A DNA stretch of 54,800 nt, counting the filler, from Catajapyx aquilonaris (Eukaryota), in assembly GCA_000934665.2 (NCBI GenBank). It is 2 parts of 2 records of this genome, joined end to end, with 100 filler letters (N's around TTAATTAATTAA, not from the genome) between each part and the next. Parts side by side here need not be neighbours in the genome. Positions count along the whole stretch, not along the records: positions 1 to 27,581 come from KZ539286.1; 1 more part is not named here. One strand, 5' to 3'. The translations under genes and the position numbers were made by a program. Numbering within the stretch: position 1 is the stretch's first letter; each line of letters opens with the position of its first letter. The notes under the pieces are model-generated. The model was not told the DNA's origin. It was given only the letters and a program-made list of their open reading frames with translations, and did not search any database. This document shows, one piece after another, positions 13,301 to 24,472 of the stretch.

Positions 13301-14398
13301 CATTTTCCCCCCCAATCTCTTTTTTGGAAGCCTTCTCACTATCGCAAGAACAATTAAAATTAAAATTTAAAGACGGCGCTTCGTGCACAATTAACCCTTC
13401 CCCGGCCCGAGAAGAAGATTGGACGCCTTTTCCCCCCCTTCCCTCCACTCTACCATCCCCCCCTATCCTTGTTATAAAGAAAGGCGAAATTAACAAAGAA
13501 TAAGGGAAAAGGGAACCAAAGATATACGGAACAAATTAGGAGAGAAGAGAATGAGGCCGGAGATTAGCCCCCATTAGTACGAAGAGATAGCAAGAAACAG
13601 CCTTTTACATACGCTCCCTTTTCTAGCTCCAGAAACAAAAAAAGTGGAAGAAGAGTTCTTGCTGAGAATTATACTAGTCGTATAGTTATCACAATTGCAG
13701 ATGAAATTGAGGCATGATGACAATTTTTTAAATGTTCGATCGTTTGATGACAAAAGGTGAGAATCTAGCCACCTGGCAACTTCCAAAGATGGGGGATAAA
13801 ATGGAAGGGGGATGCTCAAACTTCTTCTCCCCCCAGCATCCCCTCCCCCTCCAGCATCCTTGCTTGGTGAGGGAAAGAATTGGGCCATCAGCGGGACCGG
13901 GGCGAGATGATCTGTCAACTCTGGACCGGACATCCGGGGTCACCTCAATGGACACTTTCAAGTGATGAGTCGTCCCCGGAGACGACGTCCTTATTGGCTC
14001 TTTTGAGAAATGGATGCTGCCAGCCTGCTGCTTCTGTCCCCAGCTTTTTTTCCCCCTCAGGATGGGGTTTTTTTTCGCTGCCTTTGGAAACTTTTTTTTA
14101 GAGAGAGAAAAGGAGCTATTTACAGCCATGACACTCTTCATAGGAATTGGAGGTGTCAGAATTCGCACCTGTCAATCGGACTCGTTCCTCATTGGTCCAA
14201 CTGACAACTCAATCTACGAGTGTGGACAGGACCATCGGTACGGTTCACATCGGATATAAAAAATGTATTTGTTCGACCCGGTTGTCATAGGGCGAAGGGC
14301 GCTGTTAAAGATAGCGGTTATCTGCTGCTGTTGGAAAGACTTTGATAAGCTTCAGTATGTCGCATTGCTTTTGACAGAAAAGTGTATAGGAAGTTAAC

Positions 14399-15526
14399 AT
14401 GGACACACTGGACTATTTTATGGAGGCAGCCTCCGTTCCAGCCAATCCTCGTGACCCTCTGGACGACCCTCCTTGTTGGCTGGACAAACAGAGGTTCCGT
14501 CGCGGGCAGCAGTTCGCTCAGAGACATCTGGCCAGCCTTTTTCTGGCCAATTTTTTCGTCACCATCACCGACATAGTGTGGTCGCCCATCTTCAGAGTGA
14601 TGGTCTTCTGCAACGACTACTCCGACCTGAAAGACATGTCTGGTAGGATGGCCTCGGTGGCCAACCATCTCTGCATGTGGTACCACGGCGATCTGTGGGA
14701 TCATACAGATGAAGCATGTCGCAGCATGAGAGAGGTTGTTCAGCTACACAAGGAGCGGATACAACTCACTAATGACAACAAGGAACAAGTAGATGCTGCC
14801 AGGTATGACCATCATTTTGCCTTTTTAAAAAAAGCAGTCATAAACAGGTGGCTAACTTCCAGATTGGACACTTCTGCTGTGCCTGAAATTAGATGTGGCT
14901 TCTGGCCGTATATCCAGCAGGACATGTCCTCATCTCATCCTCCAATCAAATGGCCTGAACACCACTGCCCAATGAGTCAGCTGGACTACTCCATGGTACT
15001 TCTATCGCTCCCATCTTTGCTTCTGGCCTCACCCGAAAGATGGGGCGTCCACGGTGCCACAGACAGTGAGCTATCGGACTTCCTGTACGTCTGGCGTGTG
15101 ATTGGCTACCACATGGGGGTTGAAGATAGGTTCAACCCTCTGTCAGGAAGCATGGAGGTCATTCGTGACCTCAGCAGGGAGCATCGAGAAAGGGTCATGA
15201 TCGGAGGGATGTCCAGATGGGGGGAGGACTCTGAGTACTTCTGGAGGATCAAGCTCAAGACTTTGGGTGGGGTGTCTATAGTCGCGTCGATTTTGACCAG
15301 CCAATCTGAAGCCTTCTTGTTCTACATGGCATGGTGCGTGGGTTCGCTCCACAAGCTGAAGACCACATATGCGAAATCCTCGTGGACTTCAGCAGTCATG
15401 TTCAGACTCTTACAGTTTGTGATGAGCGTCGCTTGTCGATTCAGGGTTGTTACCGCTGCCCTGAATTACGCTGTGAAGCGAACACTTTCGCGATACCAAA
15501 CGACCAATAAAGTAAAACATAGTTAA
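14399..15526 (+). CDS. ER-bound oxygenase MpaB / rubber oxygenase (Lcp)-like catalytic domain protein (DUF2236 family), intronless, 375 aa
   Basis: Long clean ORF with motifs typical of the arthropod members of this family: PPCWLDKQRFRRGQQF, WYHGDLWD, SMREVVQLH, MSQLDY, PERWGVH, ELSDFLYVWRVIGYHMGVEDRFN. Confidence 0.85.
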   Translation: MDTLDYFMEAASVPANPRDPLDDPPCWLDKQRFRRGQQFAQRHLASLFLANFFVTITDIVWSPIFRVMVFCNDYSDLKDMSGRMASVANHLCMWYHGDLWDHTDEACRSMREVVQLHKERIQLTNDNKEQVDAARYDHHFAFLKKAVINRWLTSRLDTSAVPEIRCGFWPYIQQDMSSSHPPIKWPEHHCPMSQLDYSMVLLSLPSLLLASPERWGVHGATDSELSDFLYVWRVIGYHMGVEDRFNPLSGSMEVIRDLSREHRERVMIGGMSRWGEDSEYFWRIKLKTLGGVSIVASILTSQSEAFLFYMAWCVGSLHKLKTTYAKSSWTSAVMFRLLQFVMSVACRFRVVTAALNYAVKRTLSRYQTTNKVKHS

Positions 15527-15651
15527 ACTTCTTATTCCTTCTGCAAACAGTGATTGTTCTAAGCTCAGATGCGCATTTACTGAAGGCGATTTATTGTGCC
15601 CACAACATAGCAACAACGCGCATCGTTTGGGGACAATGCTAACAAAAGTGA

Positions 15652-16222
15652 CTAGTACTCATCAAGGTCTTCGTCTTCCTCATAACTCTCGGTCTGGGTA
15701 TCCGCATCGGCGGATTCATAGTCCTCATCAGTCTCGTCGACTTCCTCAGTGTTCGTGTCATTAGTATTGCAAAGTTCCTGCAAAACATTGCATTGCTGAT
15801 ATTCACCATTACTTTTATATCACTAATTTCGCATTCAAAACACCTCTTGCAACAGTTCGATCAAATTCAGCTCGTCCAAGTCTTCGTCCATTAATTGGTT
15901 TTTCTGCAAGTGCAGCTCACTGGCGCACTCCAGAATCCATTTACTCTTCCTGTTCATTGTTATGGGGAGAAAATTTGAAGGATCCTATAACAATGCATTT
16001 TTTTTGCGAGAAACTTACGGGCAAGCATCCTCCTGGTTTGTGTCGAAAACAATGCTTTTCAGTACAGCCTTGTAGGTCTTCTCGGTGCAATCGGGGTTGT
16101 CAAGAATGTCGGCCGAGATGGTCACAACTGTCGGTGACACAATCTCCGTACATTACAACGCACCAGAAAAGCAACAACAACTTACCCATAAGAATCACAC
16201 ACAATAACTGGAAGAACCGCAT
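15652..16222 (-). CDS. Small secreted highly acidic protein, 4 exons, 125 aa, function unknown
   Basis: Exons 16222-16186, 16127-16019, 15949-15844 and 15777-15652; GT-AG introns of 58, 69 and 66 bp with consistent phases. Product: MRFFQLLCVILMVVTISA-DILDNPDCTEKTYKAVLKSIVFDTNQEDACPKSKWILECASELHLQKNQLMDEDLDELNLIELLQEELCNTNDTNTEEVDETDEDYESADADTQTESYEEDEDLDEY*. AATAAA on the minus strand at 15595-15590. Confidence 0.8.
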
Positions 16223-16342
16223 GTCTATAGCCTCTACGACATTATCAAAAATACTATTCGGAAGTGAAGCGATAATGATGTTTATGACGGTGGTTGTCAT
16301 AGCCACAACAATGCACAACTTAATATTGTCATTGAAGACTGT

Positions 16343-16835
16343 GGGCCGTATTCAGAGTCGTTCGCTAATGCAGCGCAAAAGTCCACTCTAACTAGTGCGA
16401 CGCTAGGTCCGCATTAGCGCCACACTAGTTGCACTGCACTAGCGAAACGCGGTGTTGCCACGATTTCACAGCCAGGTTTTCGGACACCGTCTGTGCGATA
16501 AATGGGCTTGATTTATCCCCAGCGCGACGATCTTCATTTGTTTCCCCAGGCTGGGGAAACAAATGAAAATTGAGCGCCAAAAATCGCTTAGCAGCAGTTT
16601 AAAAAGCTGCTAAGTTATTTTCAAACTACCGCCACGGCCTAGTTCGATGTTAGTTCGACGCAAAAGAAGGGGGTCCCCTTCACTAAGTTTTGGCTTAATG
16701 CACCGCTTTAGTAGGATCTCACTAGGCCCGCACTAGGCCTAAAGTGCGACTCTGCATGCGACTTTTCTTAATGAACTGGGTCACGTGGTTTAAAGCACTG
16801 CACTAAGCTCTTGTTGTTGACTCTGAATGCGGCCC
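16343..16835. mobile_element. PIF/Harbinger-like MITE
   Basis: TIRs GGGCCGTATTCAGAGTC / GACTCTGAATGCGGCCC with a 3-bp TSD TGT (16340-42, 16836-38). Confidence 0.7.
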
Positions 16836-18201
16836 TGTATAAACATGACATTTGGGTGCACATAAATTGCGGCGATTTCAAACTCAACTTTTTGCAAAAA
16901 AAAAAATGGCACAAAGTGCGGTAAGCTTTTTCTTCTCCCTTTTCCATGATTTTTCAAAGAGACGCTCTCTGTTTGCTTGGAGGAGGAGGAGGAAGAAGCG
17001 AAAGCAGAGAAGAGAGAGAGTTTTCTGATGAGGTGATTTCGCGCATGGTCGCCCCTTCCCCAAATCCCCTGTTGGCATGTGTACCTTTGGCTTGCTCCCC
17101 TTTTGCCAATATGCTTCCAACACTGGGGTGGTTTGGTGGACAACTTTTAGGTGACTGGGCACCTTCCACCTGAATTTTGTTGAACAATCTCCTGCTAATA
17201 AATAATTTTTGGACAGCACCAACCCTGTATTTGCTGCGCCCCCTGTTCACCTTACTTTTCCCCCCATCCCAATTTTTAATTACCCGGGCCATCAGAGCAT
17301 CAGGCCAAGTCTCAGTAGACACAGTAATGAGGTGGGTCCATCGGGAGTAGAATTTTACTACCCATTTTCCGGCTCGATTACCTCCCCCACTCTCCCCCCC
17401 AGTTAAATAATTGCTTAAAAACTGCCTACAGGGTGTGGCCAAAAAAATAATGTTGCGGAATGAGGCAACTGAGGCCATCATCAGTCAAAATCTTGTTGGA
17501 GCAACAGGTACCGTTGGTTGGAGGCATGACGAAAACGCCCCCTCAAAACATCCCCACCTAATCAAACGAGGAGAGGAGGGGGGTGGGGGTGGAGGGGGAA
17601 TATGGGCTTAAAAATACCCGGCATCGATTAACCCCCTCTGCAGGAGAAGCAGGGCCCGTCACCAACGGGGCCCGGAATGAAATATCGGGCTGCTCCAACC
17701 CTAAAGTGCACTCCTAAATTCTCAGGCTCACTTCCTCCCCATCCCTCCCATCTTCGTCTTCCTTAATAAATGGAGCAATCTCGCAGGCAGGAAGACTAAA
17801 TGAACACTCCTCAGACAAGACACCACTGCTTTAATTAGTGACATATTATACTCCTTTACTTTTCTACCGAGACCTCCGCCCACCCCACTCTCAGGCCCCT
17901 GTGACCAATGGTCACTTCACATCTCAGAGTAGATGACCTAGGATTTATCCGTGCTCTTCATTGTGTCTGGAGGCAGAACCAGCCCCAAATTTGGCAACAC
18001 TGCCCGGCTCGAACTTGTAGCATTATATATCACTACTAGGTGGCGCGCACACGCCTTCTCTGCACACTACTGCCACTCCACGGGGAAAGTGATAACTACG
18101 TGCACGTTGGTGATGAGTCAACACGTGTAGAGACACTACTGCCACTAAACGGGATATTCTCTAATTTAAAATAATAATAATAAAACATTTTAAAGTACAG
18201 G

Positions 18202-18670
18202 CTTTATGAGGTAGCGAACTCGATTCTGAGAGCCTGTCACTCCCGCACCATCTAGCGGTAGGTATTCACGTTAGGGGGTGAGTTCGCAACTTCCACACGA
18301 TCTAGTGGTACCGTAGTAGTCACGTGAGTGGGTGAGTTTGAAACCTCCACGTCTGGCGTGGCGGTTTCAAACTCACCCACTCACGTGACTACTACCGCTA
18401 GATGGTGTGGAAGTTGCGAACTCACCCCCCTAACGTGAATACCTACCGCTAGATGGTGTGGGAGTGACAGGCTCTCAGAATCGAGTTCGCTACCTCATAA
18501 AGTTCGCAACTTCCACACGATCTAGCGGTACCGTAGTAGTCACGTGAGTGGGTGAGTTCGAAACCTCCACGTCTGGCGTGGAGGTTTCGAACTCACCCAC
18601 TCACGTGACTACTACCGCTAGATGGTGTGGAAGTTGCGAACTCATCCCCTAACGCGAATACCTACCGCTA
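18202..18670. repeat. 300-bp near-perfect palindrome plus duplicated core
   Basis: 18202-18502 reads almost identically on both strands (CTTTATGAGGTAGCGAACTCG...CGAGTTCGCTACCTCATAAAG). The central hairpin is repeated at ~18501-18670. Confidence 0.9.
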
Positions 18671-21600
18671 NCCCCCCCCATAAAAGAGTCAAATCCGGGC
18701 CACAGTTTCCTGATGCACTATTGTTTCTCCCGCAGCAGATATAAATCAGCGTCCCCGTTGCGGAATGTCCGAGACATTAATGCTCGTGGCGGTGTATACT
18801 AGTAACATATAAGAGCTGCCATCGTCAATAGCGGTGGTCGGACAAGGGAAAGAGGCTAACCGCTTTGCTGGGGGAGATTCCACACGGGCCTGTTTTGGAC
18901 AGATACTGTCCCAACAGGCATTGCTGGCTTGCTACCCCCCTTTATATACATCCCCCTCCCAAGTTGCAGTGCAGCATTTTGCACCCCCCTCTCCTCTTCC
19001 ATCCCCTTAATTGGCAAATACCTCTCTGGAAAGTGTGCGCCTCGTGGAAGAAAACTAGAGAAGCAGGGGGTTGTAATTAAAACTTGCGAATCTCTTCGCA
19101 TTGGGTGGGAACCCGCCTTGAGTGATTGTTTGCACCAGTCCCTCCCTCCTCCCCCATCCACCACCAGCTCCCTTCTTCAGACGTTGTAAGAAGTAACGAA
19201 GACGCCTGGGCTGGCATTGATAACGGATTAAGCGGTGCCAAGCCTCAGCTGCTGTCATATAACAGGGTAAGGAAAGTCCCTACCTCTCTCTCTCCCCTTG
19301 TTAGAAATGCCGACTAACACTCCGGGACTGATAGTACTACGCTAGAACTTGCCAGAAATCGTGGTGGCCAGGAGAGGGGGGGGATGGGGGAGGACGGTAT
19401 AACAAAAAATCACGCGTCTGGATAGCTTCAATTTCCTGATTTGGAGAGAAGCTGTGCCGCATTGCACCCATCTTTAGAAGCTCCCAGATTTTTTTCGGTG
19501 GAGAGCCCAACATTAAAAAAGTCAAAACTGTATTTTCAAGCTCTGCAGGTATTAAGCTGGAAAGGCTTGGTCAAATTTGGAGCTAAAAATTATGCAGTTT
19601 ATTTTTTGCAAACAAAAAAAATCTGGTGTCACCATATGGCCTAGTTTTCGTGTCGTTGTGCAAGAAAAAAATATATTTCTTAGCAGTTTCTCGTTTGCAA
19701 TCTTCTTCGCCCGTTGCGAAGATTACAACGTCGCAATATATTCCTGGGTCTCCGGTGGGTTACATCGCTTTTCCGGTTACAGCCTCAGTGCGACACGGTC
19801 TAAATTAAAGGAAGCGAAAAATTGGCTACTGCGTTCCCGGGAATCGGCTCCATTCAGAGTATATGTAACAGTGCGGCCTTTAATATTTTATGAAGTGTTG
19901 TACTACTTCCAGGAACAAGATCGGTCTCGAGGAAGATCAGGACTCTTCTACCTTTTTTTAGGGGGGATACACATGTGCTATGACCTTAATTGCTTTGTCT
20001 TATCCTGTATATGTTTCACTAATCATATTATTATTGTTAGGTTTGGAAATTGTGATGAACAAGGATACAAAAAATGTTATAGTGTTTTAATCTTGGGAAG
20101 AGGTGTCATTATATTAGGACCCGAGCATTCATCTGCCTGCTAATTGCAACCTTAATTATATTTCGAACTCCCACCTCCTGCCAAGTACTATTCATTAAAA
20201 AATGAATCCAAGACCGCATCAATTATCCCTCGCTTCAATCATGACAAAAGAGAAAAGGGGGTGTTGAATCCTCTCAGAAACATTTTCTTAGCCGGTCTGT
20301 GGAGGTCTCTTTTCATAGAAAGGAAAATGAGTCCTCAAACTTGGAGAAAGGAGGTTTGAGGAATAGAAAAATGGTTGAAGATATATATATTATACACAAT
20401 TTTTTTTCTCTCAATTTCTATCTCACCGTACAAGACTTTCAATAAAATGTAAAGAGACCCTCCAAATTTTCGTACTCGTTGTGAAGGCTGTTTTGCGAGT
20501 GCAAAATGCAGTCGTGCTGCAGGGATTCTCTTCAAAATTATTTTTTTTCTTCTTCCCCCTCTTGTCTTTTCTTCTCTCTTTTTTTTGGCCCCCTCCCCAG
20601 TTTCCACCAAAAAAAAAACCCTCCCCATCCCAGGCCGACAAGTCTGCTCCATTATGAGCCCGAAGCGCCTTTTCAGAGCAGCCAGTCTCGTGTGATCGCC
20701 AGGGACTGGAAAGTTCGGTAATTACCGCACAGGATGGGGTGAAGCTCTCTATGTACCTCCCCCTCCAAAAAATGTATCACCTGTTTATACACACTGATTT
20801 ATACCAAAAAAAAAGGTGTATAGTCCTGTCAAATGCATGTTTCCTCTTTATTTCTTTTTTTTTCTGGACCCAAGAAGAAGTAGGTGGGCTGTGAAATAGC
20901 TGCTTGTTTTTCCGGAGCAACAGAAAACAGGACGGGAATTTGAGGGTGGGGCAGAAGAGAAAAGGTAAGGTTTCGATTTCCCATCGGCCAAATGCCGCAA
21001 ACTCTTAAAGGTCCTGGCCCACTTTGGCCCCGGTTTCTTTTTTGCCTTTTGCCGCGGGAGACAGGTTTCGCCCCNCCCCCCCCCCCCGAAAAAAAAACCG
21101 TTCACAAGAAAAGAGCAGCTATCTAGAAAGAGAGAAGGGCTGCTTTTTCCGGGCCCGTGAGGGATCCCGGATAAACGATCGTTCTCAAGGCGGGAGTCCC
21201 GGAAGGGAATCCGGGACAGAATAAGAGCATTCAATTTCCAATCCGGAATCCACTACTTTTTTAAAAAACATGCAACCTATACGTTAGGTTAGGTTGGGCA
21301 ACATGTGCAAGCCGAAATTTAACTACAAGTACAACCATGTCTAATTATTATGGCCGAGTAATGGTGCCGATTAGCTGTTGTATACTGTACAGCTTCACGT
21401 GTTGAGAAAAAGTTGGAGATCAAAAAAAGGTGTATAGTTTTTTTTTAGTCAGCGATTCAAAAAGTTGGACAACTTTTTTTTTTTCTGGAAGCTTCAAAGT
21501 TGAGTAAAAGCACAGGTATTTTCATTTTGTGCCCCCAACCAGACCCCCTGCCGACAACATTAGCAGCCCTGATAATGATTTTTCAAACCCCCCCCCCCTC

Positions 21601-22699
21601 AACTTTTAACTCTTAACAGGAAATGAATCGTGTTGGAAATGTATGGGCTTATCGGCTACCAAAAAAAAGTTGATATCGACGGATAAAACCCATGTTTTTT
21701 TTTTCTTCAAAAACTCAGCCGATTCGTGTTGAAAGACACGTGTAATTGAGCTATGGAATTGGAAAACAGGTTATGTTACATTCTTCTGGCTATTGTTTTG
21801 TATCCGCTGAAAATGAGCGTCTGAAACCTTCCCCGTCGTTTGATCAGATCTTTGCTAATCGGATTAGTCTCGATGCGTCCATTTATCTGCTGAATTTCCC
21901 CCCCAAAATATATGTACATATCCAGCAGGTTCTGCAGTGCGGCATGCCCCCCTTTTTTTCCTCTCTTTCTCTGACTGACTGCAGCCTCATATCCGACCTA
22001 ATCCTCACACGGCCCGTGAAATCCTTAATTCCACTCGTCCAGGGTTGCAGAACAACAAAAGGCAGTTCCTCAACAATCAGGCGGTCAACTCATCCTGAGC
22101 GAGCGTCATTCGTCACATTCCCCCATGCCCTTCCCATTTTATTATCATTATAATACTACCCCCCCACTCTTACGCCCCTCCACTTTGGCCAAGTGCCTGC
22201 CAAATGGGCCATCAACGAGCAACACACTTGGAGGGCTGCTGCATGCCCCACACATACTCTCTCTCTCCAACACCAAGATTGGGGGGCAGGGCTAAAAAAG
22301 GACCGACCCTATCCTCTCTCAGGACTCATTTCATATCAAGAAGAGCCAGCTGTTAAATTTTATGCTTCACGATGCAACCTCTTCGAACGGATTTTAATTC
22401 CTGAGAGAAAAATCGCGTTTGTGACGTAATCCATCAAAATGGCGCTTGTGACATCATCGATAAAAATGGCGGAGCATTACGACAAGAAAAATTGCATGTT
22501 CAAAAATTTGTGATGACACACGGCCGCTATAATATTAAAATCGTATACTAGGAAAACGCTCGCTCTTTTCTAGGCCTACGGGCTGGGGGTACCTATTCGG
22601 CGCACCATATCGCCGGGGAATGGACAGTTTCCCCGGCAACCCAACAGGAGTTGTTTACACCCCATTGCGCAAGAGTAGAACGCGGGCCAATGGGGAGGT

Positions 22700-22905
22700 G
22701 GCGGTAACAATATGCGGCGGACCAATCAGAGGGCTCGGCCAACTCCCGCAAGGATTTTAATATTATAGATGTTGTATATACTGTATAAGACTTCTGATGG
22801 GCCCACAGAATATTGTTGCCGCGACGCTTCTGATTGGTCCACAGCATATTGTTACCGCGGCGCTTCTGATTGGTCCACAGCATATTGTTACCGCGACGCT
22901 TCCGA
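22700..22905. repeat. 36-bp tandem repeat (3 copies) with one inverted copy
   Basis: CTTCTGATTGGTCCACAGCATATTGTTACCGCGACG repeated at ~22791-22900; an inverted partial copy at ~22700-22730. Confidence 0.8.
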
Positions 22906-24173
22906 TTTTCCCCCTCACACCAACAATACTGACATTGTTCCGGTCATTTCAAATGGAAAGCCCTCCACTACCGTAGGTCGCAGGCCTTGAAAAAACGCAG
23001 GCCAAGTGAGGGTTTTTTCTAGTGTAGTGGTTAAAAAAGACTATGTAGTCACATGCACCAAATTAAAACAGCACTTTTTTTTCCCCGCACACATTTTGCG
23101 GCGTTTGCCAAAAATGTTATCTGGACGTTTTTCCAACATATTTTTGCAAGTACCGGACACCACAGGCATTTAAATCAATTTGCGAATCTCCGCCTTTGTC
23201 GTTGCAACAATATGTGCAAGTTAGTCCCACAGAACAAAACTTGGTTCTCGAATCGGGCGATTTTTTTGCACCTAATTTAATTGGCTTCATATTTGGCACT
23301 AATTAAAACGCCAATTTTTAGCTGGTAAAACCTGCCAACAAAAATTTGGCTCCCAGCTCTGTGACATCTCTTCGATAAACCCGGGACCTCCACGAGACTT
23401 GACAACAACACGACGTCAACCAGAATTTCCCTGCACGTCGAGGGTCGAGGGTCCAATATCCCTGTACGAAAAAAATCTGATATGATGATGGCATCATTTG
23501 GAAATGTTAGTGCGCATGCAAGTTCAACCGAGGGAAATGAGCTGAATAAAAAGGCTCTGCTGCTGGCATCACGCAAGTTTGATTTTTTTTTTTTTTCTGG
23601 CGCTCTTGTTATTCCGTTATTAAAAAAATGTGTGAGACAGTTAAAAAAAACGTGTCATTTCATTCAGGAGAATGCCTGTACATGTGTAAAACTGCGTGAA
23701 AAATGTTGGTGGCAGCCGCTGTCATACGCCGCCATTTTTATCCACCCCGAATTTTGCTGCCATCTGCAGAACAAATGGTGAGAAGCATACACGTGTTCTC
23801 CTCCATTTTTTTTTAAATATAGGAAACAAAAAAGGATATGGTTTTTTCCCCCCTCGAGGAAACCAAACATTTTTGGTCTGGTTTAATGGGAGGCCAACAT
23901 TTGTACTGCGGTCGGTTTTAGGGTGCTGGGTTTTTCGACTAACCATCGATCAGGTATGCGCGGCAAAGAGAGTGTGGGGTGGGTGGGGGTGTGGTGGGGG
24001 GAGGCAGGAAAATCCACAATAATTAAACGTGTGCTGACTCTCCCGAAACACATACAAAAAAAAAAAAAAATACGTAACAAAAAGGGCAGGAACGTACTTT
24101 CAAAAAAAAAAGGTCAATTTCATCTGCAGGGTTGACGAATTAAAAAATTCCGCTCGTTTTTTGGAAACCCGAA

Positions 24174-24472
24174 TTTTCCATAAAATATTAAAATTGGCAA
24201 GTTGCATGCATTTTATTAAATTAAATAAGTATGCGCTCTCTTCTTAACATATTTTTAGTTATGCTCGGTCTGGCTATATAGTTTGCCAAAATGAAATGGA
24301 TCAAAAATGGCGACTCATGTTTTTTTTTGTAAACTTTAATTTTTCCATAAAACTAAAATTGGCAAGTTGCATGTGATTTATTCGATTAAAAGTGCGTATC
24401 CTGTTTTAGCATATTTTTAATTAGGCTCGGTCTGGTTGGGTTTCCTAAATTAAATGGATCAAAAATGGCGAC
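24174..24472. repeat. ~165-bp diverged direct duplication
   Basis: TTTTCCATAAAA..AAAATTGGCAAGTTGCATG...AAATGGATCAAAAATGGCGAC occurs twice. Confidence 0.75.

Noticed and set aside
2400..14300. Numerous 60-200-aa ORFs in the left half (also 16900-27500)
   Set aside because: They are low-complexity, homopolymer-driven translations with no recognisable domains. Small exons of a large gene cannot be excluded, but I could not build a consistent model.
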